Below, piece after piece: positions 10,105 to 20,299 of a DNA stretch of 23,187 nt. The position numbers were made by a program, and so were the translations under genes. Location: positions 1 through 23,187 of the forward strand of contig NW_021836726.1 of NCBI RefSeq assembly GCF_006345805.1. Reading direction: 5' to 3'. The notes below the pieces were generated by a model. The model had not been told where the DNA came from and ran no database searches. It saw only the letters and a list, made by a program, of their open reading frames with translations. The DNA comes from Octopus sinensis. Taxonomy: Eukaryota. How positions within the stretch are numbered: position 1 is the stretch's first letter; each line of letters starts with the position of its first letter.

Positions 10105-10366
10105 ACGCACGCACAAATATCCCACCCACACATACAAACACACATATGTATGTTGTTATGTATGTATGTGTGTGTGTGAAATATGTATATGTATATATGT
10201 GTGTGTGTGTGTGTGTGTTTTTACAGGTATGTATGCATATGTATATATATAGGTATATATGTATATATTAGATTGATAGATAATGTCTACCTGCCTACAT
10301 ACATAGTACATACATACATACATACGTACGTACGTACATACATACATACATACATACATACATACA

Positions 10367-10397
<31 letters not shown>

Positions 10398-10460
10398 GCA
10401 TAATATTATATATGTGTATGTATGTTTGTTTCAACATATACGAGTATGAATGTATGTATG
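10105..10460. repeat. (CA)/(TG)/(TA) and (CATA)n microsatellite block
   Basis: Read directly; CATA run ~10309-10396. Confidence 0.93.
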
Positions 10461-11660
10461 TTTACATGGGCATATCTGGCAATGTTTACATCTACACAAT
10501 GAGAGCGCTCAGCAGCCATCTTGGCAGGCAGTCTAACCGTTTAACAATGCCTTACAAAATGGCGTTGCATTTCTCGCCTCATAATTACCGTTCGGTAATC
10601 AACTGCTGAAAACGTCCCCAAGAATAAAACAAGAAAGACATTTTAAGCGGCATTTTCATCGTCATGATCATAATTTATTTAGAAATCTAGTGTGTGTGTG
10701 TGTGTTATATAGGGAGTAATATGGAAACGTATGTGTTTCGAAAATATTTGCTGCATTTCAAGCTTGAAATGTAGAATTGCGCTAAAGATAATATGACGAA
10801 TTTGCTCTAATGTTAAAATAGCGTAAACTGTGCTGTTGTTATTGATGTATGATATTTACACACCGTTACTTTGTTAGAGATAAAAGAATCTTATGTTGCT
10901 CTAATTAACAGCAGGGAAAATATGTTGGGTCGCATTTGCACCAGTCAGCAAACAGTTTGGTGTAGCGTAAACCTTTCATGTATAGCGCATGGTGACATAG
11001 ACCAAAACATATGTTTGTTAAACATCTGTGTTGTTCTATTAGATAATAAAAGATACTGACAATTCTGAAATAACAACGAAAAGTATCTCTCCATATATGG
11101 CGAACTCTCAGAAATCAGGGTACACACACAAGGTTCCACTAATTTCATTTATAATATTTATAAGTTAGGGGATTATTTTTGACGCTAGAACTTGAAGGAG
11201 ATAAAGCTATAAATAATAGCGTGCAGAATATTGGGTTAAAAATAATACAACTTCTTTGGAAAGAAGCCGAAGGTAGCCCATGAGATTCGAACCCTACTTC
11301 TTCAAGTATGCGAAAATAATATACCGAATCCTTTTCATCCATTTTCGAAGCTTTGTTCTTACAAGTGAACATTGTAATGTAATTTGAATTTTTTAAATTT
11401 CGAAACTCTGAGAGAATTGAAGCATTTAGTGGTTGTTGTTTTTTGTTTTTTTGTTTTTTTTTCTTTTGTAAGGAGTGGAGTTCGAAGGAAATAAAGCTAT
11501 AAATTATAGTATGCAGAATATTGGGTTAAAAAACTTGGATAGAAAAAGAAAAATTAATCGTAGGCTGCCCACGGGACACGAACTTACAACCTCTCTAAAC
11601 TTTAGCATACAAACCATTTTACCAAAGCAAAACTAGGAATTTGCCCAACTACTTTAGAAA

Positions 11661-11747
11661 TGTGTGTGTGTGTGTGTGTGTGTTTATGTGTGTGTGTGTT
11701 TATGTGTGTGTGTGTGTATGTGTGTGTGTGTGTGTTTATGTGTGTGT

Positions 11748-11779
<32 letters not shown>
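11661..11779. repeat. Interrupted (TG)n microsatellite
   Basis: Read directly. Confidence 0.95.
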
Positions 11780-11780
11780 T

Positions 11781-11952
11781 GACGCGCGTGGCTTAGTGGT
11801 TGGGCTGTTGCACTCATGGTCATAAGAATACGGTTTTGCTTCCAGTACACAGCGATGCGTTATGTTCTTGAGCAAAACACTGCATTTCAAGTTTCTCAAG
11901 TTCCACTCAGCTGGCAAAAATGAGTAATCCTGCGACGGACTGGCATCCCATC
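11781..11952 (+). mobile_element. tRNA-derived SINE, family C
   Basis: GACGCGCGTGGCTTAGTGGTTGGG (A box), degenerate B box, CTTGAGCAAAACACT, CCACTCAGCTGGCAAAAATGAGT. Confidence 0.75.
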
Positions 11953-12117
11953 AAAGAAGGATTCTTGGGTATGTACATCGACAGCTCACCAACACACCAG
12001 CTCATCCACATATTTACAAACACCGGGAACTCTCTTAACTCCAAAGATCTTGTTGCTTTGTTAGCGACCAGCTTGAAATCTCTTAAGAAGCCTTAAATAA
12101 AGCTCAAAGAAAAATAC

Positions 12118-12241
12118 ATACATACTTACATACATACGTGCATGTATGCATGCATGCATACATACATACATACATACATACATACATACATACATACATA
12201 CATACATACATACATACATACATACATACATACATACATAA
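12118..12241. repeat. (CATA)n microsatellite
   Basis: Read directly. Confidence 0.97.
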
Positions 12242-12249
12242 TATATAAA

Positions 12250-12490
12250 GGCGGCGAGATGGTTGGATTGTTAGCGAGTCGGACAAAATTCTTAGCGACA
12301 TTTCCTCCACCATGTTCTGAGTTCAAATCCGGTCAACGTCAGCTTTGCCTGACATCTCCACGGGGTCTATAAAATAATAACCAGCCAAGCACATGTGTTA
12401 ATGTAATCGACTTGCCTTCTACACCTACAATTGCAAATGACAGCACCCCAGCATGGCCACAGCCTCTGACTCAAACCGATTATAGAATAC
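12250..12490 (+). mobile_element. SINE family A, old copy, followed by a family-B-like tail
   Basis: GGCGGCGAGATGG...GTTAGC...TTCTGAGTTCAAATCC...GTAATCGACTT, then CCAGCATGGCCACAG as in the family B tail. Confidence 0.7.
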
Positions 12491-12855
12491 ATGATTCCCT
12501 ATTTTGTTACCGCGACAGAAGTGTTATTTTATGCACCGTTGGAAACCTTTTTATGCTCGCCAAATCAACAATTACATTGTGAGGAGAACCATTTTGGTTA
12601 TCTAGAAATACAAACACAAACCATCAAATTCCTGTTTCATATATTTCGTCACACTTCTGTGACCTGGTAACTGACTTGATTTCTTGAAATCGTGGTTGGT
12701 AGAAATTGTTAGTAAGCAAGGAAATATTCAAATTATGTAAAGTAGATATCGATCAATCAGCTTCACGGATCGATGAATTAAGTGCAAAAACTCACTGATT
12801 GAATACAAGAGATTTAAAAAATCAACACACGCTCACGTACGTGTGCGTATATGCG

Positions 12856-12857
<2 letters not shown>

Positions 12858-12916
<59 letters not shown>

Positions 12917-13048
12917 GGAGCTTCTTCTATACAGAAGCTCCTTCTATAAAATAAATAATAAAAAAAAATAAAAGAAATTAATAAAATAAAATAAATTAAT
13001 TTACTCTGATATGTATTGAGTACCTATTTACTGTGTTAACCCGGGACC

Positions 13049-13137
<89 letters not shown>

Positions 13138-13270
13138 GGAGCTTCTTCTATACAGAAGCTCCTTCTATAAATAAATAATAAAAAAAAATAAAAGAAATTA
13201 ATAAAATAAAATAAATTATTTACTCTGATATGTATTGAGTACCTTATTACTGTGGTTAACCGGGAACTAC

Positions 13271-13333
<63 letters not shown>

Positions 13334-13346
13334 AAAATATATATAC
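12858..13346. repeat. Two ~137-bp direct copies (12914-13051, 13135-13270), each starting with a 16-bp-arm hairpin, embedded in three (TA)n runs
   Basis: TATAGAAGGAGCTTCT-TCTATAC-AGAAGCTCCTTCTATA at 12910-12948 and 13131-13169; downstream A-rich sequence is nearly identical in both. Confidence 0.9.
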
Positions 13347-13552
13347 ATATGTATGTATGTATGTATTTATGTATGTGGCAAATGAAAGACGAAGGATGGA
13401 ATATACGAGAATACGTATTTATTTTCCCGAGCGTCAAACTAATACACTTGTTTTTTGTTCATACACCTGTCTTCGTCTTTTGTTTTCTTTAAATCTACAC
13501 TAAATCTAAAAATATTCCAACTTTCGGGCGAAGGACGCCAAGGATCCTATTT

Positions 13553-13610
13553 TATAAAGGCGGTGCTCCAGCATGGTCGCAGTCAAATGACTGAAGCAAA
13601 TAAAAGTAAA
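13553..13610 (+). mobile_element. SINE family B 3' tail fragment
   Basis: AAAGGCGGTGCTCCAGCATGGTCGCAGTCAAATGACTGAAGCAAATAAAAG is the near reverse complement of 18604-18665. Confidence 0.75.
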
Positions 13611-13611
13611 A

Positions 13612-13612
13612 C

Positions 13613-13662
<50 letters not shown>

Positions 13663-14104
13663 TGTATGTATGTATGTATGTATGTATATATGTACATATA
13701 TATATGTATGTGTATGTTTGTGTATATATATATGTACACACACATGTATGTGTGTATCTATATATGTATTATATATTTGAATGTGTATGTGTGCGCGTGT
13801 GTGTATGTGTCTGTAGCAAACGGTACATTGCGTTTTGTAGCACATAGAAGTGACTGAAGAAACTGGAAAATGGATAGCTGTAAAGAGAAAAATAGTATTA
13901 AGAACACTTGTACTTTTAGTGTACTTAGAAGACAAGACAATGTGTGTATGTGTGTGTGTGTATGTGTGTGTATGTGTGTGTGCGCGTGTGAGTGTAGAAT
14001 CAGACCTGATTCAACTTGCCTGCCAAAATGGCCGATGCTTTGCTTCAACGTTTATACTTATACATATATACATCCATTATATATATATAATTATATATAT
14101 ATCT

Positions 14105-14136
<32 letters not shown>

Positions 14137-14200
14137 CATGTGTGTGTATGTGTGTGTGTGTGTGTGTGTATGTGTGTGTATGTGGGTGTGCGAGCGCGGC
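13612..14200. repeat. (TA)n/(TATG)n/(TG)n block
   Basis: Read directly. Confidence 0.9.
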
Positions 14201-14329
14201 CCGCTGCTCTAAAGTCAGTAGAATGTAATTTGATTGAGATGAGGCTATAATTTTCACTATATTGAGCAATAACCTCGAGCGTCCTTGATTCTCTTGGTAA
14301 ACGGTGGGCTTGCTGGGACGAAATAACGG

Positions 14330-14342
14330 CAGCGGCAGCAGC

Positions 14343-14427
<85 letters not shown>

Positions 14428-14451
14428 CAACAGCAGCAGCAGCAGCAGCAG
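14330..14451. repeat. Compound microsatellite (GCA)n(GTA)n(GCA)n
   Basis: Read directly. Confidence 0.95.
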
Positions 14452-14521
14452 AATAGTCAATTAGTTGTAAGATCAGTTACCGTTAGGATTTATTTTATTG
14501 ACCACAGCCTTTGGAGACAGT

Positions 14522-14866
14522 ATTCTTTTACATTTTTAATTTATTTAACTGTGGCCATGCTGCAGCACCACCCTGAAGATTTTTAGTCGAAGAAATAGAT
14601 CACAGGAATTATTTCTTAAGCCTACTAAGATACGGGGACGTCAACACACCATCACTGGTTGCCAAGCAGTGATGGGGATGGACAGACATAGACACAATGA
14701 CACATACACATAGATTCACACACACACACACACATACACACACACATACACACACACATACATACATACATACATACATACATACATACATACATACATA
14801 CATACATACATACATACATACATACACACACATATATTTATACAACGGGTTTCTTTCGGTTTCCGA
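14522..14866 (-). mobile_element. SINE family B lacking its tRNA head, with expanded internal (CA)/(CATA)n
   Basis: GGCCATGCTGCAGCACC...TTAGTCGAA...GACGTCAACACACCA...(CA)n...ACGGGTTTCTTTCGGTTTCCG is collinear with 18604-18895. Confidence 0.8.
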
Positions 14867-15646
14867 TTATAAGAACATTTTAGACAGATTAGCGCAGCTT
14901 GGCTAGTCTTTTCCAAATTGCTTTCAGCCTAGGGACTTACGGATACTCTCCAGAAGTCCCCAGTCTGGCCGTCATAGATACTGGGAGGCATTGTTGAATG
15001 TGCCGTCAGTTGAGCCTACCCGAGATACGCACTTGTTCAGTGTGCGCGTGTTGTTAATCTTTGGCGTTTTGTTCAACAGCTACGATCGCTTGGAGGACCA
15101 ACCCTCACTGTTGTCTTGGTCTATCGCGATGATCAACCGGCCGCTCTTTCTCGAAGCTGGGAGGGTAAGCAGTTTTCCTCTGTCTTGATTGCTATGGCGA
15201 AAGCGGTTATGTGATAGCAAGTCTAACAAGACTTAAGACCTGACACTTGCCCCTTCAACCTTTCAAGTTCCGCTTGGAAAGAAAGATGAAGGTGAAGAGG
15301 GAGCAGCTTCCCCGCCCCACCTCTTCCACGGTAGATTTATTGAAACATGGCTGGGAGCAGCGAATATGACGCGAGAAAACGGACCTAGCCAGAACATGTC
15401 TGTAGGCCAGAAAACGATAAATGAGAGAGGGCACTTGTCTTTCGTGGACAAGTTAATCTAGGTGTTGTAGGATTTCCTTGATTGGTCCAAAATAGCTGTA
15501 AGTAAGAAGAAAAATAAGCGAAAATGCACATTGGAAATAAAAAAAAGTAAAGGCATTTTATGAAAAGTAACGATAGCTATATACAATTAGATGAACTGAG
15601 GTAGGAATAAAAGTAATAAACGTCAGTATTGTGAATTGTTAAAGAG

Positions 15647-15694
15647 ATTCAAAGGCATACCGGTTTCGTAAAATTACTGATCACTGCTTTGAAT
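15647..15694 (-). ncRNA. Minimal type I hammerhead ribozyme fold with G3:C8 core variant
   Basis: Minus strand AUUCAAAGCA-GUGAUCA-GUAAUUUUAC-GAA-ACCGGU-A-UGCCUUUGAAU: 10-bp stem I with one bulged C, stem II closed by G10.1-C11.1, GAA, palindromic stem III, GUA cleavage triplet. Confidence 0.75.
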
Positions 15695-15878
15695 GCGCAC
15701 CGATTACTGAACGGTGTCGGGTCTACTAGTCCCTGAGTAAAAAGATTATGTGTAAGGGAGGTAAGTAGTTCTGGATTTCGTGCAATTAGGGTAGATATAA
15801 ATCTGTAATGTGAATGGTGTATGAGATGTGTGGGGGCTAGTGGTATTAATTGAAAGGTTAGTAGTGTTCTGTATTATG

Positions 15879-17402
15879 TTATGTGTTCATTTTGAGTTGT
15901 GGAAGATATTTATTGATGAAAGTTGCCTCTTTATTCATTCATTGCTGTACTGGGGTGTTCTGTGAACATTGATAGATGGGGAAAATTAGGAAATTAGGAT
16001 TAAGGTTTCTAGCACACCTTTCTATGTGTTCACTGGCCTGTATCTGTCCGCATTGTGGGTGGCGGATTTGTTCTTTGTAGAGAGTGGTTCTTCGACGGAG
16101 TGTTATTCCTGTTTGGCCAGTATAATGATTACCGCACCCTAAGCATGTCATGGCCTAGATTAGGTTTTCCGAGGCACAGGTGAAATTTGATTTGATCTTA
16201 AATATTTCACCTTATTTAAAGTGGAATTCTGAACCCTCCAAAAGGTGGGGGCATGTACCACAGGTCGACCACATTTTTGCCCTTTTGGTTCCGTTGTTAA
16301 TGGATATAGTCTTGCGCAGGTTAATATTTTTTTCAATGATTTCGGTTGCATTTTGGTTTGGATAATTTTGTGTGAGCCTAAAATTTTGTTCATTGTTTTA
16401 TCTCCTGTGAGGATGGGTAGATTTTGGATGATAATGTTGAAGGCTTCATTGTTTCTAGGGTTATATGTGAAGATGTATGGGAATATTCTTAAGTCTGGTG
16501 TAGTATTACGGTTGACCTCCCTTAATGTTCGTATGTCTATTTCCTTTGCTCGTTTAATCCCGTAATTTATTAATGATATTGGGTAATGTCTTTTGATTAG
16601 TATTGATCTGAGTTCAAGGAGTCTTCGTTTACGAGAATATGTGTCCGAAACTATGGTACAGATTCTTTTCGCTAGATTATAAGGTATATTAATTTTTATG
16701 TGTTTGGGGTGGCATGAGCTGAATAATAGGTATTGTTTAGAATCTGTGGGTTTATAGAAGATATCTGTTTCGATGTGGTTATTGACTATTTAAATTAGGA
16801 TGTCAAGAAAAGTGAGTTGTTTACTGATGTGCTCCATGGTGAATTGTATGTTGCTATTAATATTGTTAAGCATTATTTTGAAATCGAGGAGTTTGTCCAT
16901 GCTATCTTTCCAAAGTATAAAGTAATCGTCCAAATACCTCTTCCAGTTCTTTAAATAGCAATGAAATAAGGTGCCATATTTTTGTAGGGAAGATTGGTAT
17001 ATTTTAAGTTCTAGGTAACCCATTACAAGGTTTGCAATCACTGGAGCAGCTCGGGTTCCCATTGCAATTCCACATTCTTGTCGATACTAAACTGTATCGA
17101 ACATGAAATAGTTGTTCAGTAGGATGAATTTGAGTGCTGCGATTATGAATCTGTGGTTGATGCATCCTGGGATCTCTTCTGGGTATTTTTCTAACCAGAA
17201 GGTGATTGCTTTAATACCATAATCGTGTGGGATATTGGTGTATAGATTCACCACATCGAATGATACTAACAGCGTTCTTTCAACTATTGTCTTCGGGAGG
17301 TAGTTAAGCATGTCTAAGTCATCTCTGATGAAGCTTTTCACATATTTTACAAGCAGTTTGAATAAGATGTCGAGGAAGTTGCTCAAACGGTAGGTTTCAT
17401 GA
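15879..17402 (-). pseudogene. Penelope-like RT/GIY-YIG polyprotein pseudogene
   Basis: Motifs in order: SFDVVNLYTNIP; GIAMGTRAAPVIANLVMGYLE; WKRYLDD; LTFLDILI; FYKPTDSKQYLLFSSCHP; IPYNLAKRICTIVS; TYNP; KCGRP/CGTCPH; FTCASENLI*AMTCLGCGNHYTGQTG; LRRR; KEATFINKYLPQLKMNT*. By hand: in-frame stops at 17087, 16790, 16212, 16155 and 15939 plus one frameshift near 16262. Confidence 0.93.
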
Positions 17403-17439
17403 TCATGAAATTAGCATTAGCTTGTCTCACTCTTTCTCG

Positions 17440-17503
17440 AGGAACCCCTAGGAACCTTTTGCGGAATCCTAAGGTTCCAGGGAATCCCGGTTGAGGAACG
17501 CTG
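17440..17503 (-). mobile_element. Probable terminus of a hAT/Charlie-like non-autonomous DNA transposon
   Basis: Reverse complement CAGCGTTCCTCAACCGGGATTCCCTGGAACC resembles CAGTGTTTCTCAACC-type termini; repeated GGAACC subterminal motifs. Only one end is seen. Confidence 0.4.
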
Positions 17504-17695
17504 GATTGGAGGATGACAACTATGAGAGAACACTTTTGTGGTCAGGGTGATCGTGGTTTCTGTGAGGTTTCCACGAGTAGGCCCTTGCAGGTTTCCCCAC
17601 TCTACTTTTCAGTTTTTGGGGTTTTTTAGCAGCCTCCATGATTTTGCCAGTCATTCGATGTTAATAAAGAGAGAAAAAAAATACTTATTATCTCG

Positions 17696-17879
17696 CAGAA
17701 TCGTTAGAGCCGTTAGTGCGTCGTACGAAAAAATGCTTAGCGGTATTTCTTCAGATTCTTTACGTTCCGAGATCAAATTCTGCCGATTGTCGACCTTGTC
17801 ATGAATCCTTTCGGAGTCGGGGAAAATAAAGTACCAGTCAAGTACTTCAAAATTGCTGACCTAGTTTCAAAATTTGAAA
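17696..17879 (+). mobile_element. SINE family A, old copy
   Basis: GCAGAATCGTTAG...AAATGCTTAGCGGTATTTC...TTCCGAGATCAAATTCTGCCGA...CCTTTCGGAGTCG...AAAGTACCAG...AAAATTTGAA. Confidence 0.75.
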
Positions 17880-17881
17880 GT

Positions 17882-17913
<32 letters not shown>

Positions 17914-18046
17914 GAGGAGGAGGAGGAGGAGGAGGAAGAGGAGGGGGAGGGGCAGTAGCAGTAGCAGGAGCAAGGGGTGGGAGTAGATATATAGGTGAGA
18001 GCAAAGGTAATTGTAAAACTGCTACTACTACTACCACTACTACTAC
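17880..18046. repeat. Compound (AGC)(AGT)(AGG)...(CTA) trinucleotide repeats
   Basis: Read directly. Confidence 0.9.
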
Positions 18047-18182
18047 TTTTCTAAGTTTGGCACAAGGCCAGCAATTTTGTGGGGAAGGCTCAAGTCAATT
18101 TGATCGGCCACAGTATTTAACTGCTATTTATTTTCATTGAACCTGAAAAGGTAAACGGCTAAACCGACCTCTGCTGAATTTG
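18047..18182 (-). mobile_element. SINE family A 3' part
   Basis: Reverse complement CAAATTCAGCAGAGGTCGGTTTAGCC...AAATTGCTGGCCTTGTGCCAAACTTAGAAA. Confidence 0.7.
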
Positions 18183-18510
18183 TGGTGGCGGGTGGTGGTG
18201 GTGGTGGTGGTGTGGTGATGTCGGTGAAGAAGATTACAATCATAACGATGATGATGATGATGATGATCATGATGACGACGACGATACTGGTGATGGTGGT
18301 AGTGGTAGAGGTGGCAGCAGTGACTATGTATTTGTTTTGTTTGTTTTTTTAATTTCCTTTTTTCGGGGATGCCGGTGGTATAATGGTGGTGGTGGTGGTG
18401 GTGGTGGTGGTGGTTGCTCTGATGGTGAGAGTGGTTGAGGGTGATTGCTCTGATGGTTGTGATTTTATTAAGTGGTGGCGTTGGTTGCAGGTATTATTGT
18501 TGTAGTTGTT
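18183..18510. repeat. (GGT)n/(GAT)n/(GAC)n low-complexity block
   Basis: Read directly. Confidence 0.88.
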
Positions 18511-18603
18511 GTAGCTGTTGTTATTTAAACACAGCTCAACACTGATCGAACAAACTGAAGATAAAAAGCCAATTCCATCCGTGACCATCCTGTTTATATC
18601 GTA

Positions 18604-19259
18604 TTCTTTTATTCTTTTACTTGTTTCAGTCATTTGCCTGCAGCCATGCTGGAGCACCGCCATTAAGGTTTTTTTTAGTCGAACAAATCGACCCCTGGAC
18701 TTACTCTTTGTAAGCCTAGTACTTATTCTACCGGACTGTTTTGCCGAACTGCTAAGTTACAGTGACGTAAACACACCAACACCGGTTGTCAAGCGATAGT
18801 TGGGGAGGGGGGTAAACACAGACACAAACACACCTCTCTCTCTCACACACACACACACATATATATAAGACGGGCTTCTTTCAGTTTCCGTCTACCAAGT
18901 CCACTCACAAGGCTTTAGTCAACCCGAGGCTATACTGGCGAGCTGGCAGAAACGTTAGCACGCCGGGCGAAATGCGTAGCCGTATTTCGTCTGTCGTTAC
19001 GTTCTGAGTTCAAACTCCGCCAAGGTCGACTTTGCCTTTCATCCTTTCGGGGTCGATAAATTAAGTACCAGTTACGCACTGGGGTCGATGTAAACGACTT
19101 GATCCCTTTGTCTGTCCGTGTTTGTCCCCTCTATGTTTAGCCCCTTGTGGGCAATAAAGAAATATATACTAGAAGACACTTGGCCAAGGTACCACGCTGT
19201 GGGACTGAACCCGAAACCACGTGGTTGAGAAGCAAGCTTCTTACCACACAGCCACGCCC
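18604..19259 (-). mobile_element. Full-length SINE family B, interrupted by a family A insertion
   Basis: Head at 19171-19259 (minus GGGCGTGGCTGTGTGGTAAG, A box; GGGTTCAGTCCC, B box); body 18604-18936 with internal (CA)n and an A-rich simple-repeat tail. Confidence 0.88.
18937..19164 (+). mobile_element. Full-length SINE family A with 6-bp TSD
   Basis: Starts GGCGAGCTGGCAGAAACGTTAGC and ends CAATAAAGAAATA; TATACT at 18931-18936 and 19165-19170. Confidence 0.92.
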
Positions 19260-19329
19260 CTACGTGCAAAAAACCCTTTTATCTCATGTCCTCGTATTTA
19301 TTTTGTTTCTGATGGTAAGATATAAATTA

Positions 19330-20055
19330 TGGAAGATTTCGCTGTTATTTCTAGCATATCGAGGGATCATGTTGAGATTACTGATAACAATGGCGGTGGT
19401 GGATGACAGCAATGACGCTTTTGATGCTTTTTGTTGTTGTTTAACCCCAGGTCACTCCTAATCGAGTAGACCTATAATCAAAAGCATTCCAGCCATGGCA
19501 GTTCTGTCATTTTAGGGGAGGTCAGGCAGTCTTTATCTGCGCGGTAGCCATAATCTATCTAATGTATCCTTTTTCTCAAATTAGGAGGGCGAGATTTGAG
19601 GGAGCTTGGCTGCTATTTCTAGCAGGTGCAGCAACCATGACTAGACCTCGCTGTTAACACGTCAGCAGTGTTGTTGTTGTTGTTGTTTAACTCCAGGCCA
19701 GTCCCTGAGTGAGCTGACCTATGATCAAAAGACATTCCAGCCATGACAACTCCATATTATATTTTCAAAGATTGCATAATCGAAATGTGCCCTTCCGTTT
19801 TTAATGATGGAAGGCCTGATTCCAGGTAGAGATTTGGCTACTATTTCTAACAGATCGAGTGTTGTTGCTTATGTTACCTGACCCCCCAGGTTGACACTGA
19901 ACGAGTCGAGCAATGATCAAAGACAGTCCAATCATGACCACATTATGCAAAATCTTATTTTTTGTTTTTTTTTTAAAGGCAACGAAGAGGGTTCTGATCA
20001 GAGAGATTTTTGGCTGCTATTTCTAGCAAGCCGGGCGACCACGCAAAGGCTCCAG
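19330..20055 (+). mobile_element. Three diverged tandem ~200-bp units of an unclassified repeat, (GTT)n-led and ending in a CTGCTA-TTTC-TAGCAG hairpin
   Basis: Shared blocks: TAAC(C/T)CCAGG, GACCTAT(A/G)ATCAAA..CATTCCAGCCATG and GATTT..GGCTGCTATTTCTAGCA; units ~19430-19630, ~19672-19860 and ~19862-20055. Confidence 0.65.
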
Positions 20056-20299
20056 TTGTTGTTGTTGTTGGTGGTGGTGGTGGGGACGATGGTGATAGCA
20101 AAGTTAACAGTGGTGATGGTGGTGGCGGCTGCAGCAGTACTAGTAGTAGTAGTAGTAGTAGTAGCAGCAGTGATGGCGGTGGTTGCGATCAGAAGTCTCT
20201 TGTTTGTGACTGTTGTGATGTTGTTGTGTAGCCCGGTCAACACTCATCCTTGTTGTTGTTGTTTGTTGTTGTTCTTGTAATTATAGATGCGCTTATGTT

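Larger units (their letters stand above)
15480..17402 (-). mobile_element. Penelope-like retroelement, Neptune-type, 5'-truncated (ORF remnant plus AT-rich 3' region containing a hammerhead)
   Basis: RT + Cys-rich linker + GIY-YIG architecture (next entry) plus a 3' hammerhead fold. The 3' boundary (~15480) is approximate. Confidence 0.85.

Noticed and set aside
16180-16565. Plus-strand ORFs of 61 and 106 aa
   Set aside because: Antisense shadows of the Penelope ORF.
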